NCBI GenBank assembly: GCA_003525075.1
Contig: DQFO01000007.1
Span: 5,227-29,413 of the forward strand
From: Clostridiales bacterium
GTDB lineage: Bacteria; Bacillota; Clostridia; TANB77; CAG-508
Direction of reading: 5' to 3'
Length of the DNA stretch: 24,187 nucleotides
Both the position numbers and the translations under genes were made by a program. A model generated the notes under the pieces. That model ran no database searches and was not told the DNA's origin. It saw only the letters and a list, made by a program, of their open reading frames with translations. Shown here in pieces: positions 1 through 9,346 of this stretch (within the stretch, counting starts at the first letter, position 1; the number at the start of each line of letters is the position of its first letter).

Positions 1-1
1 T

Positions 2-1120
2 GGTACAACATACAGAGGTCAAGCAGAACAACGTTATCAAGATTTGATTTCTTTAATTGAAAAACATGATAATATCATTCTTTTCATTGATGAAATTCAC
101 ATGATCGTCGGCGCTGGTGCATGTTCTAATGACGAATCTCTTGATTTTTCTAATGCTCTAAAACCTCTTCTTGCAGGGGATAAATCTATTGTTATTGGAG
201 CAACTACTGAAGAAGAGTATCAAAAAGCTTTTTCCAAAGAAGGTGCTTTAAAACGTAGATTCCGTACCATTGAAATCAAGGAACCAAAAGCAGAAGAAGT
301 TTATCCTATGTTAAAAGAATCTGTTAAACGTCTAGAACAATTCCATGGTGTAAAAATTTCAAGAAAAATGATTGATAAAATTATTTTTTATTCTTCTTGC
401 TTTGATTACACCACTTGTAATCCTGATAGAACAATTAGTCTTGTTGACTTGTCTATGGTTTCGGCGAAATTAACTCATCAAAAGTATGTCACTCAATCTG
501 CTATCCTTGAAAACTTTGAAGCTAACTTTGAAGCATACAAGAAAATGCCTTCTGATGTCATTAGTGCTACTGCTTACCATGAAGTTGGACATTATATTGT
601 TAGTCGCTTCTCCAAAAAATTAATTGATTTTGATGTATTAGCAATTACAATTATTCCAACTGAAAGTTATTTAGGTCAAAACGTTTTGGATCCAACAGAT
701 ATTACTCCTTGTCCAGACATGGATTACTATTCTGATCTAATTGGTATGTATCTTGCTGGTAGAATTTCCGAAACAATTTTTTCAAACACAAGATATAATG
801 CTGGAGCAAGTTCTGATCTGGATGTTGCAACCAAATATGCATATGATATGGTAACAAGATATGGTATGCGTTCTGATGTAGGAACAAATCGTGTTTTTCT
901 TAATACAGAACAATACCATATGCAAACTTCAACAATTACTAATAAAGTTAATGCTGAAATTGACAAAATCATAAAAAATGCATATGATAAGGCCTTAAAT
1001 CTCTTAAAAGAACACTCCAAATTAGTCCACGTTTTGGTTGAAAAACTACTTGAAAATGGCATGTTGAGCAAACTTGAATTAGAGGAAATTATTAAATCTG
1101 TTGAAGGTTCTGGTGAATAA
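2..1120 (+). CDS. AAA+ ATPase (ClpA/ClpB D1-type) fused to an FtsH-type M41 zinc-metallopeptidase domain; 5' end outside the window
   Basis: The frame of the 44..1120 ORF stays open back to nt 2. The N-terminal part reads GTTYRGQAEQRYQDLISLIEKHDNIILFIDEIHMIVGAGA, the Clp-type Walker B block. IGATTEEEYQKAF..ALKRRF resembles ClpB D1 IGATTLDEYRK..ALERRF. The C-terminal half has AYHEVGHYIV (HEXXH), TIIPTESYLG and GASSDLDVATKYAYDMVTRYGM, matching FtsH M41 blocks. Stop TAA at 1118-1120. Confidence 0.75.
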   Translation, partial: GTTYRGQAEQRYQDLISLIEKHDNIILFIDEIHMIVGAGACSNDESLDFSNALKPLLAGDKSIVIGATTEEEYQKAFSKEGALKRRFRTIEIKEPKAEEVYPMLKESVKRLEQFHGVKISRKMIDKIIFYSSCFDYTTCNPDRTISLVDLSMVSAKLTHQKYVTQSAILENFEANFEAYKKMPSDVISATAYHEVGHYIVSRFSKKLIDFDVLAITIIPTESYLGQNVLDPTDITPCPDMDYYSDLIGMYLAGRISETIFSNTRYNAGASSDLDVATKYAYDMVTRYGMRSDVGTNRVFLNTEQYHMQTSTITNKVNAEIDKIIKNAYDKALNLLKEHSKLVHVLVEKLLENGMLSKLELEEIIKSVEGSGE

Positions 1121-1138
1121 TACGTAGTAAAACTCTTT

Positions 1139-1170
1139 GGCAGGGACTTTGTCCCTGCCTTTCTTTTGTT
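1139..1170. terminator. Rho-independent terminator between convergent genes
   Basis: Perfect 9-bp GC-rich stem GGCAGGGAC (1139-1147) / GTCCCTGCC (1151-1159) with loop TTT, followed by TTTCTTTTGTT on the + strand. On the - strand the trailing tract is weaker (AAAGAGTTTTAC). Confidence 0.75.
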
Positions 1171-1957
1171 ATACATATATGTACTTTTTTATTTCTTCAT
1201 ATTTATTCTCTCCTATTCCATTAACACTTTTTAATTCCTCTATTGACTTAAATTTTCCGTTTTCTTTTCTGTAATTTATAATTTTTAATGCTAATGATGG
1301 ACCTATTCCCGGTAAAGTTTCTAATTCTGTTTGTGTTGCTGTATTAATATTTACATTAGATACTTTGAAGGCAGATTCACTTTTTGTATCTACTGTTGTT
1401 GCTTTTTTTATATTACTATCATTTTTTTCATCTCCAGAACTCATTGTTATATATTCAAAATTAGGATTATTTTTTAATTCTATACTACTTGGAATATTTA
1501 CTTTCATTCCATCTTGTAACATATATACTAAATTGACTTTCATAATATCAGCCTTTTGTGTGATCCCACCTGCACAATCAATTGCATCAACTATTCTGCT
1601 TCCAATAGGTAAAACAACTATTCCAGGATTATTCACTTCCCCTGTTATATAAACATATATCTTTTCATTATCATTTATAATTTCATTTTCGAAATCTTCT
1701 ACATTTTCTGTACCTTCTTCTATTTTTTCTTCTACATCATCAATAACTTCATCTTTTAGTATATTTTTTTCTTCAAAATTTTCTTCTTCGTCTTTCTTAA
1801 ATATGTCATCTGCTTCTTCAATTATTTCTATCTCATTATTATTATCCACCATCATTTCCTCTATAATTATATATGAGGTAACTAATATTACTATTATACA
1901 TACTATTATAAAAAACTTATTTTTTATAATCTTTAATAATTTATCTTTTATATTCAT
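1169..1957 (-). CDS. comEA: ComEA-family competence DNA-binding protein (TM anchor, acidic linker, SLBB domain, tandem helix-hairpin-helix)
   Basis: SLBB-like block IYVYITGEVNNPGIVVLPIGSRIVDAIDCAGGITQKADIMKVNLVYMLQDGMKVNIP. C-terminal HhH block NINTATQTELETLPGIGPSLALKIINYRKENGKFKSIEELKSVNGIG. ATG at 1957 (MNIKDK) has an AAAGGA Shine-Dalgarno 9 nt upstream, so it is preferred over the TTG at 1966 used by the ORF track. Confidence 0.8.
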   Translation of the reverse strand: MNIKDKLLKIIKNKFFIIVCIIVILVTSYIIIEEMMVDNNNEIEIIEEADDIFKKDEEENFEEKNILKDEVIDDVEEKIEEGTENVEDFENEIINDNEKIYVYITGEVNNPGIVVLPIGSRIVDAIDCAGGITQKADIMKVNLVYMLQDGMKVNIPSSIELKNNPNFEYITMSSGDEKNDSNIKKATTVDTKSESAFKVSNVNINTATQTELETLPGIGPSLALKIINYRKENGKFKSIEELKSVNGIGENKYEEIKKYIYV

Positions 1958-2002
1958 AAAAATCAATCCTTTCTTAATTTTTTCAAATTTATATTAATAT
2001 CC

Positions 2003-2031
2003 TTGAATTTAATCTTAAAATACGTTATTAT
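2003..2031 (+). promoter_or_regulatory. Sigma-70-type promoter candidate for the carboxypeptidase gene
   Basis: TTGAAT (2003-2008), 17-nt spacer, TATTAT (2026-2031). It lies about 30 nt upstream of the GAAAGGA RBS and the ATG at 2060. Confidence 0.45.
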
Positions 2032-2059
2032 ATTGATACAAGAAAGGATGTTAATACAT

Positions 2060-3358
2060 ATGAAAAAACGTTTTTTTATAATTATATTATTAATTGTAAC
2101 TTTATTTAATTTATATACTACTTTATCTTTTGCAGATGATACTGTACCAGATTCTGATTTTCAAATTTATTCGGCTGGTTCAGTTTTAATGGATGCATCA
2201 ACAGGAAAAGTTTTACTTCAAAAAGATATGAATCTTCAATTATATCCAGCTAGTACAACAAAAATTTTAACAGCTATAATTGCAATTGAAAAATTAGATT
2301 TAACTTCAAAATTAACAGCAAGTCGTTCTGCAATAATGGCAATTCCTTCAGGATATTCAAATGCTGGAATAAAAGTTGGAGAATCTTTAAGTGTAAATGA
2401 TTTATTAGAAATGTTCTTAATACACTCTGCAAACGAAGTTGGATATATTTTTGCAGAAGAAATATCTGGTAATATTGAAAATTTTGCAAATTTAATGAAT
2501 CAAAAAGCATTAGAACTTGGTTGCACAAATACACATTTTACTAATCCTAGTGGAATTCATGACGTTAATCATTATTCAACAGCTTATGATATGGCTCTTA
2601 TAGCTAAATATTGCATGAAAAATGAAACATTTAGAAATATAGTTAACAAAAAAAGTTGTAAATTTTCAGCAACAGATTTATATCCTGAAGAACGATATTT
2701 TAAAAATACAAATAGTTTATTAGATTCATCTAATAGATATTATTATGAATATGCTATAGGAATAAAAACTGGTTTTACTACACAAGCTAAAAATTGTTTA
2801 ATTGCTGGTGCAAAAAAAGATGGAATCGAATTAATTGCTGTTATGTTAGGCGCTGAAGCTACTGAAAACGGTCAAAGTGGACGATATGTAGATGCAAAAA
2901 ATCTGTTTAATTTTGGTTTTGAAAATTATGAAATCAAAAAATTTTTAAATGAAGGAACAAAAGTTGCTGAAATAAAAGTAAAAAATGCTACCAAAGATAC
3001 TCAAACATTAAATTTAATTGCAAATGCTTCTCTTTCTACTACATTTCAATCAAATTTTGATACCACAAGCCTAATTCCTTCTATAGAAATAAAAGAAAAT
3101 ATTTCTGCTCCAATTGCAAAAGATGCTATTCTAGGAAAAATTTCTTATAACATTGATGGTATAATTTACGAAGCTGATTTAATAGCTGAAAATGATGTTA
3201 TAAAATCGAATTTTATAGAAACACTTCTTCAAATTTTATTAGCAATAATTGTTCTAATATTAATAGCTGAATTTTTCTCACATAAACGAAAAAAACAAAA
3301 GAATAATAAAAAAAATTTAAGAAAAAATAGTTCTGTATATAAATTTAATCTTGAATAA
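2060..3358 (+). CDS. Serine-type D-alanyl-D-alanine carboxypeptidase (peptidase S11, PBP5/DacA-like) with C-terminal membrane anchor
   Basis: Signal peptide MKKRFFIIILLIVTLFNLYTTLSFA. Active-site SxxK (PASTTKILTA), SxN (HSANE) and KTG (IGIKTGFT) motifs in the canonical order. C-terminal TM helix plus a basic tail. Start moved to the ATG at 2060 (RBS GAAAGGA at 2042-2048), because the track's TTG at 2003 coincides with the -35 box. Confidence 0.85.
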   Translation: MKKRFFIIILLIVTLFNLYTTLSFADDTVPDSDFQIYSAGSVLMDASTGKVLLQKDMNLQLYPASTTKILTAIIAIEKLDLTSKLTASRSAIMAIPSGYSNAGIKVGESLSVNDLLEMFLIHSANEVGYIFAEEISGNIENFANLMNQKALELGCTNTHFTNPSGIHDVNHYSTAYDMALIAKYCMKNETFRNIVNKKSCKFSATDLYPEERYFKNTNSLLDSSNRYYYEYAIGIKTGFTTQAKNCLIAGAKKDGIELIAVMLGAEATENGQSGRYVDAKNLFNFGFENYEIKKFLNEGTKVAEIKVKNATKDTQTLNLIANASLSTTFQSNFDTTSLIPSIEIKENISAPIAKDAILGKISYNIDGIIYEADLIAENDVIKSNFIETLLQILLAIIVLILIAEFFSHKRKKQKNNKKNLRKNSSVYKFNLE

Positions 3359-3378
3359 AATTAATTTGATATAAATTA

Positions 3379-3408
3379 TGGAGGGAGATTTTCCCTCCAC
3401 TTTTATTT
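3379..3408. terminator. Rho-independent terminator shared by convergent genes
   Basis: Stem TGGAGGGA (3379-3386) / TCCCTCCA (3392-3399) with loop GATTT, followed by CTTTTATTTA on the + strand. The 5' side is AT-rich. Confidence 0.65.
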
Positions 3409-4704
3409 ATAATCTTTTCCAATTATAATTGTAACATCTGTATTATTAGAAGCTGTTGCACTTGAAGATAAAACACCAACTCCTAATAATTCTTGTATTT
3501 GTTCTATATATTTTCCATCAACATCTGTATTATTGATTATTGTCGTTTTAGATATAACTTCAACATCATTTGTTTTTACATTATATCCTTTTTCTTTTAA
3601 TAGTTTTTGAACTTTGTTTAATTTATTTTTTGAACCAGAAGCATTTAACACTTCTATCTTTATTTCATTAGTTTCACTTGTTGGAATATCAATAACTTGT
3701 CCATTGTTATCTGTATTAGAAGTTTCTTCTTCATTTTCTTCATTTTCGAAATACAATGATTCAACTAATTTCTTTGCTTCTGTTTTATTTGTTAATATAA
3801 ACCAATATGGTGCATATAAATTTCCACTCTGTGTTGGTCCTACTGAAGTGCCTGGTAATACAACACTCTTTAAATTTTCTACATTAAAATTAATTGCATA
3901 TGGTACATATGATTTTATATTTGATATTGAAATATTAGTTTCTACATATTCATATATAATATCTATTATATCTTTTATTTTAAATATATTTTTAGCCTGT
4001 AAAGTTTGCTTTGCTGTTGCCATTATGAAATTTCTTTGTGTTTTCATTCTTCCAATATCATCAGAACCATATTCTGCAGGATAGCCCGTCCCATCATCAT
4101 TTTTTCTAAATCTCAATAGCTGTTCTGCATGATTTCCATCAAGAACTTGTAATCCTTTACTTAATTCTATACTTAATCCTTGTGTATCATCATGATAATT
4201 CATATTTATTGGAACATCAAATTCAACTCCACATATTACATCAACTAGTTTTATTAATGCTTCATTATCAACAACCATATAATATTTTAAATCAAGGCCT
4301 GTCAATTCATTTACTTTTGCAAGTATTCTATCAATCCCTTTTGTATATAATGCATTTATTTTTTCATTTGGTGTTCCTTGAGAATGATCTTTCCCTGTAT
4401 ATGTATCTCTTGGTATAGATAATAATGATGCTGTTTGATCTTTTGGATTATATGTTGCAACCATTATTGTATCTGTAATTTTTCCGCCCAAGTCAGTACT
4501 TACACCTAATAACAAAAACTGTATTGGCTCTAATTCTTCTAGCGTTTCTCTATCATTTCCAACCAAAGTTGCTAATAATCCTTGAACTCCTCCTCCATTA
4601 ACATGTGTTTTATACCCAAAGATTCCTACACATATTATTAATAATATAATTATCAAAAATAATATTTTTTTTACTACTTTTGACTTCTTTTTCTTCTTTT
4701 TCAA
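3403..4704 (-). CDS. LytR-CpsA-Psr (LCP) family cell-envelope phosphotransferase with C-terminal LytR_C-like domain
   Basis: N-terminal TM anchor. LCP core LLLGVSTD..TDTIMVATYNPKDQTASLLSIPRDTY. C-terminal block IKIEVLNASGSKNKLNKVQKLLKEKGYNV is typical of LytR_C. TTG start at 4704 is preceded by AGGAGAGG. Confidence 0.85.
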   Translation of the reverse strand: MKKKKKKSKVVKKILFLIIILLIICVGIFGYKTHVNGGGVQGLLATLVGNDRETLEELEPIQFLLLGVSTDLGGKITDTIMVATYNPKDQTASLLSIPRDTYTGKDHSQGTPNEKINALYTKGIDRILAKVNELTGLDLKYYMVVDNEALIKLVDVICGVEFDVPINMNYHDDTQGLSIELSKGLQVLDGNHAEQLLRFRKNDDGTGYPAEYGSDDIGRMKTQRNFIMATAKQTLQAKNIFKIKDIIDIIYEYVETNISISNIKSYVPYAINFNVENLKSVVLPGTSVGPTQSGNLYAPYWFILTNKTEAKKLVESLYFENEENEEETSNTDNNGQVIDIPTSETNEIKIEVLNASGSKNKLNKVQKLLKEKGYNVKTNDVEVISKTTIINNTDVDGKYIEQIQELLGVGVLSSSATASNNTDVTIIIGKDYK

Positions 4705-4738
4705 ATAAATCCTCTCCTATATATTTTTTTCCAAATAT

Positions 4739-4767
4739 ACTATAGCAGAATAATATTTTTATTTCAA
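4739..4767 (-). promoter_or_regulatory. Sigma-70-type promoter candidate for the LCP gene
   Basis: On the - strand: TTGAAA (4767-4762), 17-nt spacer, TATAGT (4744-4739). It lies about 35 nt upstream of the TTG start at 4704. Confidence 0.5.
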
Positions 4768-4819
4768 TATTTATACAAATAATTAATAAAATATTCACAA
4801 ACATTTCACATTTTAATGC

Positions 4820-5464
4820 CTATTTTTTAAATATAAAATTTAATAGAACATTATTATTATAAAATATTTTTGTAATATATGTTTCTGATATAACATTTGA
4901 AATTGTTGTATTTCCTGTTATATATGTTATTGCAAATATTATTGCTAATATTATATATATAATTATAAGTGCTTTTAAAATTCCATATATAATGCCTCCA
5001 GCTTTATTAAACTGTTTTAATATTGGTAAGCTCATTATCAAATCTGCTATTATTGTTAATAAAATTGCTAATATTCTAACAACTACAAAAATTCCTAAAA
5101 ATGCACATACATTAATGATTTTAGTAGAAACAACCTCTGATGCCTCAATTACAATCTCATTTTTTGTTTTATTTACAGCATCATCAACGTATGATTGCAT
5201 ATATTGCATCATTCCTTTATCTGATGTATCATTTTCATTACTCTCTGTTGTAAGAGTATTTATTATTGATTCTTTAATCTTTTCATCTATTTCTGTATTT
5301 TTTATAATTATATTCGTAACTGGTTTATATAATATCATCGCAAGAATTAAAGATACTATTACTGCCACTAATCCAACAGCTAATTTTACTAAACCTTTTT
5401 TATAACATATAATCACATTTAATAATATTATTACTATTAATATTACATCTAAAACTATTCCCAT
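4820..5464 (-). CDS. cvpA: CvpA-family integral membrane protein
   Basis: N-terminus MGIVLDVILIVIILLNVIICYKKGLVKLAVGLVAVIVSLILA matches the CvpA pattern (hydrophobic helix, then G-basic-G, then a second helix). About 4 TM segments. AAGGAG RBS upstream of the ATG at 5464. Confidence 0.6.
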   Translation of the reverse strand: MGIVLDVILIVIILLNVIICYKKGLVKLAVGLVAVIVSLILAMILYKPVTNIIIKNTEIDEKIKESIINTLTTESNENDTSDKGMMQYMQSYVDDAVNKTKNEIVIEASEVVSTKIINVCAFLGIFVVVRILAILLTIIADLIMSLPILKQFNKAGGIIYGILKALIIIYIILAIIFAITYITGNTTISNVISETYITKIFYNNNVLLNFIFKK

Positions 5465-5483
5465 TCTTCTCTCCTTACTTTTA

Positions 5484-6668
5484 TTAAAAATTTATTATTG
5501 CAATATTATCACTATATACTATTGCTGCTAAATTATCTGTCATAACTACATTATTAATTTCTGAATTAGATTTATATCTTTTTATTAAAATCCCATTAGT
5601 ATTTACAATATGTAGTTCTGTTCCAAAGTTTATTGCAATCTTATTTTCTGATGTTGTTAAAGCCTTTGCAACATTACTTGTAATGTACTGTTTCTTTTTA
5701 TTATTGTTAGGATTTACTATATCCAAATATGTATCTGATGTATATTCACCTGATGATGTTTCTTCAATTAAAACAATTCTATTGTTTAAATTTATTGTTG
5801 TAAATGCTAATTTTTTTTCATCATATTTTACAAATTCTTTGTTTTCATTTTCATAAAATATATCTATAGAATCATTATACATACAAATAAGTCTATTATT
5901 TTCCTGATATTTTATTTTCATTATTAATTTTCCAGTTGTTGCTTCATATTTATTTATAAATGCTTCATCTGGATTTGTCTGCGCCAAATCCATTGATACA
6001 ATTTGTACACTAGATTTTATTATTATTCCTGATAAATCTACTTCAGCTATAGCTAGATATTTACTATCTTGCGAAATACTAACATCTACTACTCTCGCTG
6101 TTCTTAAATTTGTTTTAAATATTTCTTTTCCATTTCTATCAAATACATCAACTACAGATTTATAACTTGTATTTGATATTACAACAGATAAATAACCATT
6201 TCTGTTAACACTTATTTGTGTAATATTTCCTTCAATATTATTTTCATACATTTTCTCTTTTCCTGAAATTAGACAAATTTTTTGTCCATTTTTTTCACAA
6301 ACAGCCAAATATCTTCCTGCAGCAGAGAATTCGGCATTAGTAATATCTATTTCTATAGCTCCTTCTTTTGAACCAATTCTATTATAAAATTCTAATGTCT
6401 TTTTTCTTAATATACAAATATATTTATCATAAGCAAAAACTTGAACATTTTCATCTTTGTTTATAGTTATACTTTTTACTTTAGATTGCGCTACTTCCTT
6501 ATTTATTATTTTTTCATCACACAATTTTCGAAAATTTACATTGTAAAAATATACACATGTTAATACAATTGTTGTAATAATAATTAATATAAATATTAAT
6601 AATATTGTAAATTTTATTACTCTATTTCTTCGTCGATTCTGAAGCTCATTTGCTAAAAAATCTTTCAT
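5484..6668 (-). CDS. Membrane-anchored protein with repeated beta-strand-rich extracytoplasmic domain (DUF5711-like)
   Basis: Basic stretch RRRNR followed by a single TM (IKFTILLIFILIIITTIVLTCVYF). After that come alternating beta-like repeats (GRYLAV, NGYLSV, SKYLAI). Family assignment is from memory of Clostridial DUF5711 proteins. ATG at 6668 (AAAGGA 12 nt upstream) is preferred over the GTG at 6689, which lacks an SD. Confidence 0.4.
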   Translation of the reverse strand: MKDFLANELQNRRRNRVIKFTILLIFILIIITTIVLTCVYFYNVNFRKLCDEKIINKEVAQSKVKSITINKDENVQVFAYDKYICILRKKTLEFYNRIGSKEGAIEIDITNAEFSAAGRYLAVCEKNGQKICLISGKEKMYENNIEGNITQISVNRNGYLSVVISNTSYKSVVDVFDRNGKEIFKTNLRTARVVDVSISQDSKYLAIAEVDLSGIIIKSSVQIVSMDLAQTNPDEAFINKYEATTGKLIMKIKYQENNRLICMYNDSIDIFYENENKEFVKYDEKKLAFTTINLNNRIVLIEETSSGEYTSDTYLDIVNPNNNKKKQYITSNVAKALTTSENKIAINFGTELHIVNTNGILIKRYKSNSEINNVVMTDNLAAIVYSDNIAIINF

Positions 6669-6772
6669 TTTACTTTTGTTTCCTTTCACCTATAATATTC
6701 TTTAGTTTATCACAATTTATATAGATTTTACAATATAATTATTAAATTTTATTTAACTTATACTTTTAATAT

Positions 6773-7777
6773 TTAATTTATAAAAAATATAATAACAATT
6801 TGTAATATCCCTATATATCCAAATACAGGATATATAAAATTTAATAATTTTGAAAAACCAATATTGCTCATAAGCAAACTCGTTATACACATAAATAGCA
6901 CAAATTGTGGATAACTATTACTATTTTTACTTATATTCTGAAGAAAACCTATTCCAACAGAAATTGCTGTTGTAAAAATTGAAGCTAAAACTATAAATGC
7001 ATATATTTTTTTATACTTATTAAAATAATTACTTATTATATATACAATTGGCATTTCTTGATTTTCAATTTCTTTTATATTTGCATTTAATAATAAGAAA
7101 AATATACTTATTGATAGAATTAATATAATAATTGTTACTAATATAGATACTTTCTTTATATTCTTTTCTTTAGTAATTTCCTTTTTTAATGATATTAATA
7201 CTGGCATTAATAAAATAAAATTATAACTATTATAAATAAGCATACTTAATATCCAATTATTTTTCATTTGATAAAAATCTATAGTTCTTATTTGTACAAT
7301 ATTTTTTATTCCAATAAAAAATATAAAAAAAATAAGAAATGGAACAATAAGATTGCTTGCTTTCAAAACTCCTTTTATATTTGAAAAAAACACAATAACA
7401 CATAATAAATTTAAAACAATACTCCCTATAATTCTATTTATCCCTATCTCTTGTTCGAAATATGCTCCAAATCCTGCTACCATTATATAAAAAGAAACTA
7501 ATAACAATACATTAACTATCCACAAAATAACATTTCTTATCTTAGTATTTTTAATAAACAAATTCAAAAAATCATTATAGTTATATACTTGCTTTTGGTA
7601 AATTATTTTTAAACTTTTATATATAAATATTCCAATTAATATACTCATTATTAATATACCATATATTCCATTTTTTCCATATATATAAAAAAAAGAAAAA
7701 ATCTCTTGACCAGATGCAAATCCAGCTCCAATTAATGCCCCAATTATTACTAATGTTATAGATATTACTTCTATCAT
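6773..7777 (-). CDS. YkvI-family polytopic membrane protein (putative transporter)
   Basis: N-terminal motif IGALIGAGFASGQEIFSFF matches the B. subtilis YkvI signature GAGFASGQEI. About 10 hydrophobic segments. RBS GAGAGGTGA upstream of the ATG at 7777. Confidence 0.6.
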   Translation of the reverse strand: MIEVISITLVIIGALIGAGFASGQEIFSFFYIYGKNGIYGILIMSILIGIFIYKSLKIIYQKQVYNYNDFLNLFIKNTKIRNVILWIVNVLLLVSFYIMVAGFGAYFEQEIGINRIIGSIVLNLLCVIVFFSNIKGVLKASNLIVPFLIFFIFFIGIKNIVQIRTIDFYQMKNNWILSMLIYNSYNFILLMPVLISLKKEITKEKNIKKVSILVTIIILILSISIFFLLLNANIKEIENQEMPIVYIISNYFNKYKKIYAFIVLASIFTTAISVGIGFLQNISKNSNSYPQFVLFMCITSLLMSNIGFSKLLNFIYPVFGYIGILQIVIIFFIN

Positions 7778-7830
7778 ATATCACCTCTCAATATATATAA
7801 TATATTAACAAAAATGAGCTTTTATACATA

Positions 7831-7866
7831 ACAAAAAACATTCAACTCTAAATTAAAAGTTGAATG
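7831..7866 (-). terminator. Rho-independent terminator after the GldG-like gene
   Basis: Stem CATTCAACT (7839-7847) / AGTTGAATG (7858-7866) with a 10-nt loop. T-tracts flank it on both strands (TTTTTTGT on the - strand, CTTTTTTATT on the + strand). Confidence 0.55.
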
Positions 7867-7874
7867 CTTTTTTA

Positions 7875-9323
7875 TTATTTTCTTCTTTTTCTAGCAATCC
7901 ATATAATTATTCCAAATATTATTATTATTACCGGTATTATAAATATAATCATTTTTATTATTGAGTCTTGTTGTGCAGTAACTGTATATGTTTCTGAATC
8001 ATCATCTTTTCTTATTGTTATTGTATTATTTCTTTCTGTCAAATGAGAAATAGAATTTAATATAATATCTTTATTATTATACAAATCTACAGCATACATG
8101 TAATATTGACTACTAACAGGTATTTGTAAATCCATTGCACTAACTTCACTTGAATAAATTACCAATTCTGATGAAATATCATCAGATATTTTCTTTGTAA
8201 CATCTGCACCAACAATAAATGAGCCTTCTTCACTATCTTGTTCTGTTCTTGAATATGATTGTATATCAAAATTTGTTCTAATAAAAGATGTTGAACCTGT
8301 AGATGCTATTGTTTCATATGTTACACCTAATTCATTTAACTTATCTGAATCTTGAAATTGTATACTTCCTGCATCTACAAAACACATTTTCATTGCCATA
8401 TTTATATTACTCATAAAACTAGATGAAACATCTGCAATTACAAATTCTGGAGCATTTTGTAACATTTTTGATGTATCTTGTTCAAAAACAGCACCAAAAT
8501 TAATTGATATTCCATATTCCGCAAGTATTGCATTTAAATTTGGTGTTTCGACATTTAAAACATTTTGAGATGTTAACATCAATATTTTTCCACCATTTTT
8601 AATATATTCTAATATTTTATCTCTTTCTAATTCATTTAAGTCCTCTTTTAAAGTTGTTATTACTAAACAATTACAATCCTCTGGTACTGAACCTGATGTT
8701 AAAATATCTAAATATTTAACTTCATTTGATTCATCTTGCAATTTTTGAGTTACACTTGATAAAGCTTGTTCAGATTGATAATATGACTTGCTTGATAAAA
8801 CATATATTACAGGCTTTTTATCCATTGAAAGTTCCACTATAGCATTTGTAATTGCTTCTTCTGTTAAATCTATTTGTTTATTTGTAGAATAATCATATGT
8901 TGATAAATCATTTGATGTTAATGTTTTTTCTTTTTCTCCTTCTTTTATTACAATCAACATATCTGTATCACTTAAATTATATTTTGTTTTTAAATCTACT
9001 CTTGATGATAAATCTGAAATTTCTTCAACTTTTATTCGATTATTTAATATTGTATATTTTTTAGCATAATCTATTAAATATCTATAATTTGTTGCATTAA
9101 TTAATTGTATTGTTACATCTTGATTTAAATCACTTAGTTTTGTTTTTGTTTCATCTGATAATGAATACAATTTTTTCTCTGTAAAATCTAAATTTTCAAC
9201 ATTTACTTTTTCAACTAGCATATTTAACCCAATATAACAAGCTATTACTATCAAAACTAATAATAAAGTAGTAGTTCCTTTTATCAGCCATTTGTTTTTT
9301 ATGATTTCTAAAAACTTTTTCAA
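7875..9323 (-). CDS. GldG-like auxiliary component of an ABC-2 exporter (N- and C-terminal TM anchors, large external domain)
   Basis: TM helices at both ends (TTTLLLVLIVIACYIGL and IIKMIIFIIPVIIIIFGIIIWI, followed by ARKRRK). The size and its position directly downstream of the ABC-2 permease and ATPase match the GldA/GldF/GldG-type arrangement. TTG start at 9323. Confidence 0.6.
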   Translation of the reverse strand: MKKFLEIIKNKWLIKGTTTLLLVLIVIACYIGLNMLVEKVNVENLDFTEKKLYSLSDETKTKLSDLNQDVTIQLINATNYRYLIDYAKKYTILNNRIKVEEISDLSSRVDLKTKYNLSDTDMLIVIKEGEKEKTLTSNDLSTYDYSTNKQIDLTEEAITNAIVELSMDKKPVIYVLSSKSYYQSEQALSSVTQKLQDESNEVKYLDILTSGSVPEDCNCLVITTLKEDLNELERDKILEYIKNGGKILMLTSQNVLNVETPNLNAILAEYGISINFGAVFEQDTSKMLQNAPEFVIADVSSSFMSNINMAMKMCFVDAGSIQFQDSDKLNELGVTYETIASTGSTSFIRTNFDIQSYSRTEQDSEEGSFIVGADVTKKISDDISSELVIYSSEVSAMDLQIPVSSQYYMYAVDLYNNKDIILNSISHLTERNNTITIRKDDDSETYTVTAQQDSIIKMIIFIIPVIIIIFGIIIWIARKRRK

Positions 9324-9346
9324 TTTTTCTCTTTCCCTTTCTTAAA

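Noticed and set aside
2003-2059. TTG at 2003 as the start of the carboxypeptidase gene (track coordinates)
   Set aside because: The extra 19 residues precede a typical MKK signal peptide and there is no RBS. The TTG is part of a good -35 hexamer (TTGAAT-17-TATTAT), whereas the ATG at 2060 has GAAAGGA upstream.
6669-6689. GTG at 6689 as the start of the DUF5711-like gene
   Set aside because: There is no Shine-Dalgarno upstream. The ATG at 6668 follows AAAGGA and gives the usual short basic N-terminus before the TM. The choice remains uncertain.
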